Below, piece by piece: positions 23,201 through 35,439 of a DNA stretch of 64,000 nt (position 1 is the stretch's first letter; each line of letters opens with the position of its first letter). A model generated the notes under the pieces. That model ran no database searches and was not told the DNA's origin. It saw only the letters and a program-made list of their open reading frames with translations. The stretch lies in assembly GCF_964204645.1 (NCBI RefSeq), contig NC_134027.1, forward strand, positions 25,382,560 through 25,446,559. The letters run 5' to 3'. The translations under genes were made by a program, and so were the position numbers. The stretch comes from Tubulanus polymorphus (taxonomy: Eukaryota > Animalia > Nemertea).

Positions 23201-26200
23201 CGGCACTAAATAAGGTTGAGGGTTCGATTTTAGTTCGATTTGAAGTTGCGTTGTAAACGTTTCCGGTTCGACTTGGCCGTCCTAGGAAAAAAAAACAACG
23301 AAAAAAATATCTCATTAAAAGATCCAGTTCTTGACAGAGGAACGCTCTTTATTCTCCGACCTGGAAAGAAAATAACCCCTGCAGTTGGAACATACTTTGG
23401 TAGACTGCGCCTATCACCGAGCCTGGGACGACAAATTCATGTCACGATCCATCGTGCAATTAATTGAAACCCAGAGAAAAAATGGAAACTAGAAACAATT
23501 GAAGCCTACAAGGGGGGTCAATCTTTCCATGAATGATCCAAATAAAGTGCGTTCTCAGGGTTTCCAGAAGTAAGGCCAGGACAAAAAGAAGTACTAAGAA
23601 GGACTTTTTCGGCAATTTTAGACCCAAAAGGAAGGACTTCTTGACTGAAAAGAAGTACTTTCCAGCAAAATTAGGACCCATAAAGAAGCATTTTCGTAAC
23701 ATTTTCACCAAGAAAATAATATACATTGCAGCTCAATTTTTCCTATTCAAACCGACAAAATATTCAACTTAATCTTAATGAAAATTGTCTTTTTGAAAAT
23801 TTCCGTACAGACAACTTAATCCAATATACATAGATATATTCAATACATTTCTACTCTATTCCTGAAGATCTAGAATTAGAGTTGGTTCCACATTTGAGAT
23901 CTTGAGTTAAACTCTTTAAAAACAAACTAATTTTACAGCTGAGTTAACTCTCAATCGGAACTGTGGAACTGGGTCAGGGGGATGCGGCGCTGTTTTTGAT
24001 GATACTTACTATTAAACCCTGTATTAGATTTTTCACGTTTTCCACTGTCTGTTTAGGTTGACTAGATGCTAATTTGATCAACGTCGTCAGAAAATTCTTG
24101 CATTTCTTGACGTTTTCGATTTCCGCGACGTGTGGCTTATGATCTGAAAATTTTTGAAAAACAGAAACAAAAACATTTTATAGATTTTTCATTAAAAAAA
24201 AAAACTCAGGAATTTTCACTGTTATTCCTGTCACAGTTTTATAGATTATTGACCACAATCTTCGACCGATTCAAATATAATTTCTCAAGTTTTAAAAAGA
24301 GCTTCCTCAACTTGGCAGATGGCATAAAAAGGGTATCAACATATTCTCAGACACTATGCTTGAATTTTTACACTTTTTCGGAATTTTTTCCCACAATTTT
24401 TTAAGCAGACATCCCCCCCCCCAGTTGTCAAAAGTTGTCAAATTTGTCACAACCACTTAACCCTTGTTATTATTTTCAGAGATGAATTACAACAATTGGT
24501 AAAATGAACATGGTATATAGGCCTAGTTGTAAAGCATGGCTAAGGTTACGAAACAAGAAAATTTCATTCACTTTCTAAAATCTAGTATCAATTCAATACT
24601 TACGGGCAGAATAACTATGGCTACTTTGCACGCTGGGCTGTCCCACGTGGGGCTGCATACCCGGAGGCCCGGGCGTGCGGGCTGCTATTGGCTGCGGTGT
24701 AGATGATGGAATGGTATGGACATTTTGTTGGCTACCGGGAGGCTAGAAAAAGAAACAAAATATCCAATTTACACAAGTTTGCTAAAAAGGCTTTAAAAAC
24801 TTTTTCATGGCCTTCAATGTCAAGAAATACCCATCGGACAAATAATATTCAGGGTTTTATGAAAAAGTTTTAATGGTCAAGTTGGTCAATTTTTGTCTTC
24901 ATTCATAGTTTACAGTCCATCTAGTACAGGATGGCCACTTAATTTGACTTGCTTTTCCCCTCACTGTTTTCCCTGACTTGAACTACTAAGAATCCAATCA
25001 ATTAACACAGTCCAATACTTAAGATTTAGACATAGAAACTGCTCAATTCTATATGCAATCTAGCAATCTCAACAAATTTCCCTGACTTTTTCCCCGATTT
25101 TTTCTTAATTAAAGAAAAGAAAATTAACAGACTTTATCCTGATTTTTAGGTAAGTGGCCATCCAGCAGATTTCGACCGCAATTATTTTTTCGGAATGATA
25201 AAAAAATGTCACTTACTTTGAGAGCAGTTTGTATTTTATAAGTCGCCGGTCCGGGAGTCATAGGCATCGTCGACGACGACGACTGACCCGGTACCGGATT
25301 GTGAAGTACGGTCACGATTTGACCGGCTTCGTTTTTAATGACGACCATTCCACCGGCCGGCGCTTGTAGACCTGCCGGTAACGTAATCGTATTCTGAAAA
25401 TATACGCAAACGTTTCATCATCAAAAAATAAAACGCTTCAAATCCGAGTCAGTTGTAAATAAATGTAAATTGCTAGAATTTGAAACGGTAAAATCTTAAA
25501 AATTAGTTAACCCTCATTGTGCGATGTAATCAGAAGTAAACTTTGTTCTAATCTTATTTTTCACTCTTAATTTTTTGGCCAGAAGCCGGAGCGGATCAAG
25601 GAGCAAATATAGAAAAATACATGCGACAGGTCCTTTTTCGGGCAGAAATTGGTCTTTTCAAGATCGACAAAAATTGCGCCTTTTCGACATGAAGCGTCGT
25701 TGAATTAAAAAGGCAATCAGAAGACCCCCCTGGAAGACCACCTGGATCTACACAAGAAACAAAAAATAACCCACCATCAGGGGAAAAACAGTTACGAAAA
25801 TGAGTTGAAAACCGTTCATCACTTTCATAGGTTTCCTTTTGATTGTTTTTTTTTTTTTTCAGTTTGTAAAATGAATTATCCGCAAATTGTAACATTTATA
25901 AGTGGATTTCACACTCAAAAAGTCGTTTAATTTCACCAAAAATTCAAGAGAAACAAATCATCAAGTTATTTTGCTTCAGAGAAAAACATTTCTCAGATTC
26001 AAATCTTTGCACATGACTGGAGGTGGAGCCACTAGCTAGTCTAGATTAAAACAAGTTACAAACTGCAACATATTCAAAACTTCTACGCGCGAGATCAAAT
26101 CAAATTACCGTACTCAAAATGGTTTAATCAGATGGATTAAAATCAATGGATTAATTAAACCTAGCACTCAATGAATTACACAGTTCTGAGTAAGTTAACC

Positions 26201-27692
26201 CTTCAAGTTAATTCAGATATTTTCAAATCAACTGAGGGAATCTATAACTTTTCAACTTTTGTACCCGAAAGATTGGAACCAGATCTTAGGAACTGATCGA
26301 ATAGGCTACCCAAACATGACTGACAGTACATTCGAAAATATCTTAAACAATTGAATTTCTCGAAATATCTTAATCTGGATCAATTGAATCTTTGCTAAGT
26401 TTACGAAATTACAAAAAATTAGAAGACACTGTAAATTAGAATAGCTTAACATAACTTTGAGTGCTCTCTTCATTGATTACAATGAATTACAATGCACAAA
26501 TAAATGATGGAATGTAATTTTGTGTAATTGCCGCTAAATTACAGAAATTGCATTTTCGAAACGCAACTCATTCAATTAGAATAAATTACTATGCACTGTT
26601 AAAACAAGAGGGATACAATTTCGAGTATTTGCATCAATTACAATAAATTACGACGCACTAATAAATGATTGAGATGTAATTTTGAGTACTCACTGCATTA
26701 GATCCCGGTCGTGGACTGATCATGTGCGTTTGAGGCGGTCCGATTCGAATCGGCGTCCCGGGCGCGATTCGAGGCGCGAGCGTTTTTAAAGGCGTTCCGC
26801 CCGCCACCGAGAACCGATGAGCCTGATTGGTCGGCGTTCGCACGCTGTACGACACGACCCCCGGACGCACGGTAGAGTTCGCGGCCACGTTGTAATTCAC
26901 GTTCGTTTGCGGCGTCGGTTTTAACTCCTGTTTTATTTTCATCGAGTCTTTTAACACGATATGCTGCTGTTGCTGAGATTTCGACACAGGTGGCGCCACC
27001 GCGTTTAAAATGGCCGTCGTCGAATTTTGGTCGAGATTTAAACCGGCCGGTTTCACGAGGCCGCCGCTGGTAGCGTTATTATTCACATTACCGCCCGGTT
27101 TTAACAACACAGTCCGATTCGTCGATATTTGGCCCGCGGGTATCGTACCCGCGTTGGAAGTCACTATCGTTTTTGCGCCCGCCGGGCTACCGTTCGACGC
27201 CGCGGTTACCGTCTGTTGTTGCGTAACTACTACGGAATTTGTCGGTAATCCCCGATTAACTACTCCCGATGACGAGGTATCGTTGTTAGTGTGGATTAAC
27301 GGGGCCGGACTGCCAGCCGGCACGACACCACCGCCGATCGAATTTAACCCGGCGTTATTGCCACCGGCGTGTATAACCCGGGACGGCGGCGGACCCGGGC
27401 TACCTTTACTACGGATAATAACTGAATTATGATGAGGTGCACCGTGGACCGGAGTTGGTTTAGGGCTGGCCACATCGTTTTGTTGAGGAGACTGCTGAGA
27501 TTTTAAACCAGCACTGGCAGCTGAGGATCGATTTAAATGGTTTTCCGACGCGTTTCTCGCGGTGGAAGTTTTTTCGGTGGTCGGAGACGATAGTTGTGAC
27601 TCTAGAGTCCCGACTAGAGCGCTAATCGTGTTCTCGTCGACCTCCGCGTTCAGAAATTCGTCGAATGGATTTGATGCGGACATCGCCGCCAT
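17254..27692 (-). CDS. TAF4: Transcription initiation factor TFIID subunit 4 (about 861 aa, 14 exons)
   Basis: Exons (- strand) 27692-26694, 25393-25217, 24742-24604, 24143-24010, 23281-23192, 22799-22686, 21854-21688, 20702-20533, 19695-19565, 19024-18899, 18499-18443, 18286-18173, 17724-17671, 17367-17254 total 2586 nt in frame. N-terminus MAAMSASNPFDEFLNAEVDE; TAFH domain (ENVKKCKNFLTTLIKLAS...PQPYLVPFLKKSLP); DDDDINDVAAMGGVN; histone fold (VSHATQERLRNLLE); REANLTALAAIGPRKKRK; C-terminus RVNLRDLLFLMEQE...LYKAFLK*. Confidence 0.96.
19343..19380 (-). ncRNA. Minimal hammerhead ribozyme motif (sense in TAF4 pre-mRNA)
   Basis: Minus strand GC-CUGAUGA-U-GGCUAA(UAGUCU)UUAGCC-GAAAC-GUU-GC. Confidence 0.72.
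19384..19418 (+). ncRNA. Second, diverged hammerhead motif on the opposite strand
   Basis: CUGAUGA-C-GGCUC(UAUU)GAGUA-GAAAC-GUU-GC; core boxes intact, but the base of stem II is mismatched. Confidence 0.5.
19830..20361. repeat. 53-bp minisatellite, about 10 copies
   Basis: GAGTTGAGAATCAGGGAACT(CATT/TATA)AGCGC(A/T)GAGATTGCTGCATATATTTCAC(C/T); successive unit starts at 19931, 19984, 20037. Confidence 0.95.
20781..21084. mobile_element. hAT-like MITE (GGGTGGCCACT ends, TTCCCTGA subterminal repeats); related copy 24927-25165
   Basis: GGGGTGGCCACTTTTATTTGACT...TAAGTGCCCACCTTG; shares an internal ACTAAGAATCCAATCA...AACACAGTC block with 24927-25165. Confidence 0.6.
21260..21390. mobile_element. 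MITE family B (TIR GGGCCRGTTGCAYAGTC), copy 1
   Basis: GGGGCCGGTTGCACAGTC...GACTATGGAACCGGCCCC; near-identical to 21422-21558. Confidence 0.85.
21403..21637. mobile_element. hAT-like MITE containing a nested family-B MITE (21422-21558, CTG duplication)
   Basis: CAGGGTGGCTACTGACCTG...CAGGTCAGTGGCGCCACCCTG ends; the inner element GGGCCAGTTGCATAGTC...GACTATGCAACCGGGCC is flanked by CTG on both sides. Confidence 0.75.
22851..23008. mobile_element. MITE with ~25-bp TIR
   Basis: GGATCATTCATTAATTACGTAGGCAT...ATGCGTACGTAATAAATGAATGATCC; internal ACCCCCTCCCCT x2. Confidence 0.75.
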
Positions 27693-28216
27693 TATTACAA
27701 CTCCGAATGAAGTACGCATGCGCCACATTCAGGCGACTTTGGCGCCGCCTAACGTCCAAAAGTGGAACTCGTTCCAAATTTCACCAAAAAACAATCTCAA
27801 TTCTAGGAATCAGATTAGATTTTCTTTCATAAATTTTTTACGTTTGCGTACATATTTCTTATATACGGGATATCTCATTTTTAGGATCAATGAATAAATT
27901 TGAACTCGACGGTGGCGCCGTTTAACGCCCAGAAGCCGAACTCATTAAGAAATTGGTAAAAGAAATCTAACTCTTATTCGAGGTCACACTTTACTTTTTC
28001 CCCAATGTAGCTTCATTCTTGTTTTTCGCTTGCATAATGAATCAATTTGATAATCCATGTGAATAAATTAGTTTTAAATCGATGGTGGCGCCGTCCAGCG
28101 ACATCGAACCAAACCATCATCCGCCATTTGGTTGTCATCTTCTGAATCGAATTTTTAGTCGTGATTATCGGTCGGCATCGTCTTCGTCTCAGCTCGACGG
28201 AGCCAAATCGACGACC
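27693..28216. promoter_or_regulatory. Putative bidirectional promoter shared by TAF4 and LSM14
   Basis: Divergent ATGs only 524 bp apart; TGGCGCCG occurs three times (~27740, 27913, 28086), the first within an E2F-type TTTGGCGC; YY1-like CCGCCATTT at ~28121. Confidence 0.7.
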
Positions 28217-31200
28217 ATGAGTGGAGTTCCGTATATCGGTAGCAAAATCAGCCTGATTTCCAAAGCTGAAATTCGCTATGAAGGCATTTTGTACACGATT
28301 GACGCTAAAGAAGCCACTGTCGCTTTGCAAAAGGGTAAGAAATCCTAACAATACACTCAGCTCGGACTTCCCTTCTTTTGACGACGTATATTTCTTTTAA
28401 GTTTTTGAGCCATTCCCGGCGTCCATAAATATTATTCAAAACGTATTATTGACGAAATGTAGTTTCTAATTTTACGACAAACTTGTTTGTAAATATGTAA
28501 AACAAATAAAGACAAAGTCAATTAAAAAAACAAAGAAGGGTCAAGTGAAACCCGAAAGAAGGGACCTTCTACTACCCCCCTTGCTGAGGTCCAATGTTGA
28601 GTTTGCTTTCTGTGAGTCTGGTATTTTTCATCCCCCTTTATTTGTTAATGAATTAATCACAAGAAGGCTATAATCAATAAAACACCTGACTTTACATCTA
28701 GGCTTTGAAATTTGCTGATGTCAGTGAATTACAATATTACTGGGTTTGTTATGATGGTATCCCTACTGTACCTCCTAGCGAGAGAGGTTTACAGTAGAAC
28801 ACCTGGTAGTATGTGGTCAACAAACCTACTGTTATTTACTAATAGTAAAAACTCCTTCGAACCTGATGAAGATTAGCCTTTTAGGCCAAATAAAAAAAAT
28901 TAGTTGTTTATCGTCCTTTTTTTCAAAAAGCTTGGGTCGGCCGGGAGGTTTTTATTTTTTATTTTAGATGGAGTGTTGTAAATGATATACGATTGATAAA
29001 ATAAAGCATGTTCATGTGTGGCGCCACAAGCAATACAAATACAATTCAATTCATAGAACTTAATTAACTTAGATTTTAAAATCGATCGAAATATGCTCCA
29101 CAACCGGAAATCCACGCTGTGTACGCTCCATAACCGAATATTGACTTCCATTTGTTATTCAGCAAAGGCACTTCGTCGATCGATAAATCGTTTTGTTTGC
29201 TGCTATACTGTCCTACAATCGACATGAAACGGTAGCTATGGCAAATATTTTCCATTGGAACCAAAATAGAACACAATAAAAAAAAAAAAATTGGGTCGGG
29301 TATTTTTCGTAGGGTCGGGCGGGGACGATAAACAACTAATTTTTTTTATTTGGCCTTATCTGGTTTCTCCAGTATTTGCCTGCCCTCCTCGCCTTCTACT
29401 GTTTCAGTTGTCGTCAAAAACTGTTGTTTAAAATTAAGACTACTTATTTCTAGTCTTCTCGTATTATTTTGTGTTACAGTGCGATCATTCGGTACGGAGG
29501 ACCGCGTCACCGAGCGTCCGGTACCGCCGAGAGAAGAGGTCTACGAATATATCATCTTCAGAGGACTCGACATCAAAGATCTTCATGTGTGCGAACCGCC
29601 GAAATCGACGCCGCTGGCTTCGGACCCGGCGATTGTCAAGGTACTTCTTATATTCTACCAATTCATAACCCCCTGGTTGTATATATCGTTGTTATCGGTT
29701 CTCAGGTAATGTAACGGACCCAGTTGCATAGTCATGGCTTAGACTTAAGACGTGCAACTGGCCCTTAGTTAAGATCGGGGATTATAGTGCAGATACTTTC
29801 TGTCGAAAGGTGTTAAGGAAATAAGTAAGGTTCTGGGTCGATTTTTACCTGCAGGGAAAATCACTCGGGGAATTGTGACTTTTCTTTAAAATCAGGGAAT
29901 TTAAATTATTGGTGTCTTGTTGTTCTTGCGGATGCAGAGGGAACTTCTTCGGAACTAAACATTTCTTAATGAAGATCTTAAAATCAGTAATTTTTTGGTC
30001 AAAGGTCAAGAAAATAACTGGCGACTTCAGGAACTGTTTTTTTTGAGGGAATCTTAACTTTTTCTTTCAAAATGTGGGAAAATGAGGGGAATTTCAGATT
30101 CCGAGAAATTATGATAATATTTTTCGTTCGTAATATAATTCTCTTGTCGTTGAAAAGGTTTTTTACGTTTGTTTCAGTCGTCTCATCCGATGGCACCTCA
30201 CAGCCACATGACCGGTTATCCGTCGCAGCAGCCGGGCGCGATCGGCTCGGGCGCCGCGGGCATGTATCATCAGTTCGGCGCGGCGCAGCCGTCGTGTATG
30301 CCTCCGTCGTATTCGGCTCATCATCCGTTTCCGTCGCAGCAACAACAACAACAGCAGGCTCCACCAGTTCAAGGTCAGGCTCCTTTTTCTCCATCACAGG
30401 CCACTTCTTCTGGGACAGGTATTATATCGATGTGTTTGATGCATGCGTGTGTGTGCGTCACAGTAGTAGATGATGCTTTGTATCCCTTGATTTAAGTTGT
30501 TGTTCGTGCTGCTGCTTCTATCCAATCTCATGAATTCGTGCTTGATTCTTATCCTGCAATGAATTATTGGGAAATGTAGACTTTTTACGAGATGACCGGC
30601 TAGTTAAGGGGGATATAGTTGGACTGTTAAAATGTATTCATTGCCTACTATGAGATATCGATGATGGTCGAAGTGGAAGTTAGAGTCCACTTCCGCCATC
30701 GTTGTCAAGATATCTTAATCTGCTTAGCTCAAATCTCACAGGGCATGCAATAATCTTAGACAATTTGCTCCGGTGCACGCGACCCAAAAGCTATCAGCAC
30801 CGTGGCATCTATTGTAAACTCTATGATTCTAAATTAAGGCTAAATCGTCGTAAATCTGACTTAGAAAAAGAATAATCGTAGCAATGAATGTGTTGGTTTC
30901 ATCTGTTACTAGCAGGTGTGGTGGGTTTGGGCACAGCAAATCACCTCGTAAATAGAAATCGTTTAGATAAGTGTGATGATTCCCTATTTCAAGATCAAGA
31001 CTGTCGTGTTTTCATGTGGATGTGTTTGAATCTCTGTAGGTTCAGTTCGTAGGACCTCTCCTTTATTCCACCTCACAGCCGGCGGTGGCGTCGGCGCCGG
31101 TCGAAATTCACCCACCGTCGATCAATGCGTACAAGTTACCGCTCGGCAAATCAAACGAGCTGCTGGTAAAAAAACCATTTATTAGTTTCAAAATTAATTA

Positions 31201-34200
31201 ACAAACTTGTTAATTATTCGCTTACATTGGGAGTTTAGGAACGTTCAAAAGGGATCAAGCTGCACTGTTTCGTTTATGTTTTGATTTGTAACTTCAAAGA
31301 GATTTTCTCGTAACATTCCAGACTCTGTTTAACCCTTTCAGTGCTGACTAATTAGTACCCGAAAGGACGGGAGATGATTTGAAATTTTTCAAAAATTCCC
31401 TTCCAGTGTATTGAATAAGGGGCATGTCGCTTAGTGCCTCTACACTGGTGTATCGTTTGTTTTTAATATTCTACAATATTTGACAGGTGCTGCCATCTTT
31501 CATATGAGGTACAAGCTGATAGCATCAATACACCGCAGTGCGGTGTACTAGGAAAGTCAATCACCGATTCATACACTGCACTACAGTGTTGAAGCACTGA
31601 CAGGGTTAAGTTGGGACTCAGTTGACCCTAAAATAATTAAGCTTTATGTCACTTGCTAACAAATCTGAAGTACAGTTGGTTGGAGTCTGGAGTCTTTTAA
31701 TGTTGTTTTTTGATTTCTATCATTTTTCTTTGAATTTTAATTGCATGCCTGATTGATGCATGTGAATGTTTATAATACCTTGAATTAAAATCAAGTTAAT
31801 GCTGTAAAATGGTACACAGAACGATCATAGCTTTTCAGTTTCTTCTCTCATGTAACAGCTCAGTTCCACCGTATAGATGATATTATGTGATTAATCACTG
31901 GGGCCAATTTGCACCGTGATGCCTTAGATTTGAGACCGGTCTAAGTTCTTAGTTCTAAAGCCAACCTAAAAATCTTAATGAACTAAGACGACTTTGGACT
32001 TGGTTTTATTCACAACTGATTTAATTGCTGCCAAAATTGGGTTGTTTTTTGGACTGTGGAACTGGGTTTTTAGTCTCGAAATCTTGAAATGATGCGACTT
32101 GTATTTTACAACACACAGTCAACCCCAATCTATTGCATCCATATCAGGAATTTTGATCTCGGGGTAAATAAAACCTTAAATCTGGTTTCAACTCGTTCCA
32201 AGACAAAATATTGGTCGTGCTCTCAGAAAAATGTAGCATTAGGCTTGGCATCGGTTTATCGGGGGTTACTAGAAATCCATACCTAAGTTAGTGAACTAAT
32301 GAATATTGATAATGAAATGGTTATTTTACTATTTTTCAGCATCTCGAGGTTCGACTCCTCCACCAAACCGTTCGAAATCACCTGCCACCAACGAGCACCA
32401 GCCTGCTCACTCCCAGCAGCTGCAGCAGCAGCAGCAGGTCGTGCCGCGTGATAAAGACAGTCCGAATAAAGACTTGAATAACAAACGTCAAAACCAGAAA
32501 GAGAATTTAGCGCCTCATCATTCGAACGAACATCACCAGTATCAGCAGCAGCAGCAGCATCATCACCATCATCAGCAGAGACGGGAACAGTCGGCAGGGG
32601 CTCATCAGATGAGAGGTAGACGCAGTGATAGAGGTAGTCCTCGCGGAGGAGGTGGAGGTGGTGGTGATAGAGGCGGTGACAGAGGTGAACGTAGTTTCCA
32701 CAATCACAATCATAGAGGTATGTCTGACTATGTGATGGGGCGCTGTACTAGTTTAAACAATAAGAAACTGCCTTATTCACAGATATTTTGAGACCGGTGA
32801 AATTCATCAAAATCCGGATTGAAAATAAGATTTTACGTACAAAATGTGCAAAAGATAGTACAAATATGAATTTTCGACTGAAAATTCGACTAAATCCTCT
32901 GGGCCCAGTTTCACAAAAAAAGTTAAACTAAAATTTTTGGTGTAATCGCCATTGGTTACTTCATGTTTTCAATGGGGACAACAATTCAAACTTAACCGTT
33001 TCAGACTTTTTCGTGAAACTAGGCCCTGTGATGATTTGAAAATTTCTTAACATTTCACCCCAGTTTGTTGAATAACAGGCATACCACTAGTGAGTCTACA
33101 CCTCGGTGCAGTGTATTGTTAGCTACTGATACTTCACTGATGAGTGCTGCTATCTTTCAAAGGAGATAAAACTAATCGCATCAATACTACACTGCTGTGT
33201 ACTATCGAAAGTTGTAGGCTGATTTGTACACCGCACTGAAGGGTCAAACAATGATGTCTGTGTTAAATTCTGCAATTTCGAATCATTTGACCTGTCTTCA
33301 TGAACTATCCATTATTAATGTTAGCGTATGAGATGCTATTTCACTAGCGAAAGGTCCGAGTAAACTGGTTATTCAAAATTGTAGGTTATTCGTCGTATCG
33401 GGGTCAGGGACCGCCGCAACGACGGCCCCGACGCGGAGGACCGCCCGGCTTCGGACGTCCGAAATCGGAACCGTTGCGTTTCGACGACGACTTTGATTTC
33501 GAATCTTCGAACGCTCAGTTCGACAAGGAACAATTAGATAAAGAGTTGAAAGAGAAATGTAACATCACCAGCAGTAAGTGTTTCATTTATACAATGATTT
33601 GAATAGCGGTGAATTTTCGTCAGGGGAATGATAACATAGACCTGATAACCACCCGAATGGCTTCTTATCTAGTAATCATAGTGGACTTTAATTGATATAG
33701 TTTTAAGATCACATGTTTAAACAGTCTCCATCTCGGGGATGCTATTGACCCCTCCTTTCTTTGTCAGTGGCACCACTGACCTGGAAAACTTAAGGAATTA
33801 GACAAATTTGACGATAATCCTGGAAAACTCTGGGAATTCGGATAATGCTATTTTGATCCTTGCGCTCTTCTTTATCAATACGTGATTCAATGAAAAATGA
33901 ATGAATCTGTAACATTTCAAACCTAGAAATTCCTCAGATTTACTGTTTATAACATGGGTAAACCCTGGGAAATTAGTGAATGGGGGCAAGAGGTCACCCT
34001 GTTTAACGTCGTAATGAAGGAAATGTTGTAAACAATGCTTTGATTGTTTCATCAGCAGCGGAGAAGGTTGTTAACGGCGACGAAGCGACGACGGCAACGA
34101 CGACCGCAGGATCCGGTGATGAATGCGAGAACGATGAGAATTATTACGACAAGTCGCGATCGTTCTTCGATAATATCAGCTGCGAGGCGTCTGAACGTGC

Positions 34201-35015
34201 TAAAGGGTAAAAATATACTCCTTCTAATAGACACTGAATACAACCTTTTGGTTTTACTTCAGATCCATGTGAATTCATTCGGAAATGGGGGGGGGTATAA
34301 GGTTACTTATTTGATGGATTGATTTTGATCTGATTAGAACACCCCATGCCTTTAGCTCTCGGCAAAGTTTGCTTGGAAAGATTTCCGCCTTATATCTGGG
34401 AATTTTAGATTTCCTGATCCGAAAGAACCCTGTTCAGTGGTAGTGTTTGAACACAGTTAAAGACAGGTCCCCTAACCTTCCTTTTCGTTGTTGACACTTT
34501 CGGTTTTAGAAATGTAATGTGCCTATTGAGCATGGTCTGACCGATATGAAAATTGAGTGACAAGTCATGCAGGCTATAAACCGTGGACTTATTTCTGGTT
34601 TCTAATGGCTGTTTTAATATTTTCACATTTGCAGAGTTAGTCAGAGACCGAACTGGAGAGAGGAACGCAAAATGAACGCGGAAACATTCGGAATATCGAG
34701 TACGCGCGAATTAAACCGTTACCGATATCGGGGAGGTCCACGTGGAAGAGGTGGATACCGTGGAAGAGGCCGGGGACGAGGTAAAGCAAAAAACCTTTCG
34801 GAATAACGTTAAAAAACTTCTTGAGAAAATTTCTTGAAACAATTTCAAATAATTTGGGGAAAACATTTTTCGGTGTTATGAAAATTTAGCTGAACTGTTT
34901 TTCATATATATATTTTTTTTTTTAAGGAGGATATATGTCCGGCCGCGGTCGAGGAGGACCCGGCGGAGGAGGAAATAGATCACAGCAACCGCAACAAGTA
35001 GCTGCTCAATCATAG
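28217..35015 (+). CDS. LSM14: LSM14/RAP55 (Scd6/Tral family) P-body translational repressor, about 532 aa
   Basis: Exons 28217-28334, 29480-29640, 30178-30418, 31040-31165, 32340-32717, 33385-33573, 34056-34206, 34635-34780, 34927-35015 total 1599 nt in frame. LSm domain ([24 protein letters not shown]...VRSFGTEDR...[20 protein letters not shown]), FDF ([16 protein letters not shown]), FFD ([15 protein letters not shown]), TFG ([13 protein letters not shown]) and RGG tails. Confidence 0.96.
28884..29355. mobile_element. PIF/Harbinger-type (Tourist-like) MITE, 472 bp, TTA target duplication
   Basis: TTA|GGCCAAATAAAAAAAATTAGTTGTTTATCGTCC...GGACGATAAACAACTAATTTTTTTTATTTGGCC|TTA: 33-bp TIR and subterminal GGGTCGG motifs. 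Confidence 0.9.
31333..31605. mobile_element. piggyBac-like MITE (TTAA duplication); decayed second copy ~33031-33243
   Basis: TTAA|CCCTTTCAGTGC...GCACTGACAGGG|TTAA. Confidence 0.8.
32902..33025. mobile_element. MITE family C (TIR GGCCCAGTTTCAC), CTG duplication
   Basis: CTG|GGCCCAGTTTCACAAAAAAG...CTTTTTCGTGAAACTAGGCC|CTG; related copies at ~37560-37680 and 49977-50104. Confidence 0.8.
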
Positions 35016-35332
35016 TCTCTATATCCACACTTATTTATTCATGTCAAGGTCAGTTCAATATGTCAAAATATACGTGAGATTACTTGCTCGAAACAAACCT
35101 CTACTTCTTAGGGGCTTATTCAGGAAAGAATTTCTATAAGTTTCAAATTATGAGGCCCTGTGGGCTCTCTTAAACGTTCCCTCCACCTTGATCTGCCAAT
35201 TGATGTTCCACACTTCACATGTGTTCAAAGCTTCACCTTCAAAGCTATTTGTAATTAGAAATGAACCATAATTGCCAGACATTGATTAGACATTTTATCA
35301 GTATCAACACACTTTCAAAAACTGATCATCTG

Positions 35333-35439
35333 GGCCCAGTTTCACAAAAAGGTTTAACTCTTAAATCGATTTAATTTCTTCATTAATTCAGTTTATCTTA
35401 AATCGATTTAGGCCTTAATCCTTTTTGTGAAACTGGGCC
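35333..35439. mobile_element. MITE family C-related copy
   Basis: GGCCCAGTTTCACAAAAAGG...CCTTTTTGTGAAACTGGGCC perfect 20-bp TIR; decayed relative at ~57050-57195. Confidence 0.85.

Noticed and set aside
27693-27728. Upstream in-frame start of the 356-aa ORF (MWRMRTSF...)
   Set aside because: Homology to TAF4 begins at MAAMS (27692), which also has the better Kozak context.
27010-27897. Plus-strand ORFs of 140 and 111 aa
   Set aside because: Antisense shadows of the GC-rich TAF4 first exon; no recognisable protein features.
28862-28883. Another hammerhead (CCTGATGAAG; also CCTGATGAA at ~58198)
   Set aside because: No stem II or GAAAC box follows.
30916-31039. Alternative upstream acceptor or extra LSM14 exon (TAGCAG|GTGTGG)
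   Set aside because: It would add 124 nt (or 32 nt as a cassette), both frameshifting, and the polypyrimidine tract is weak; cannot be supported without RNA data.
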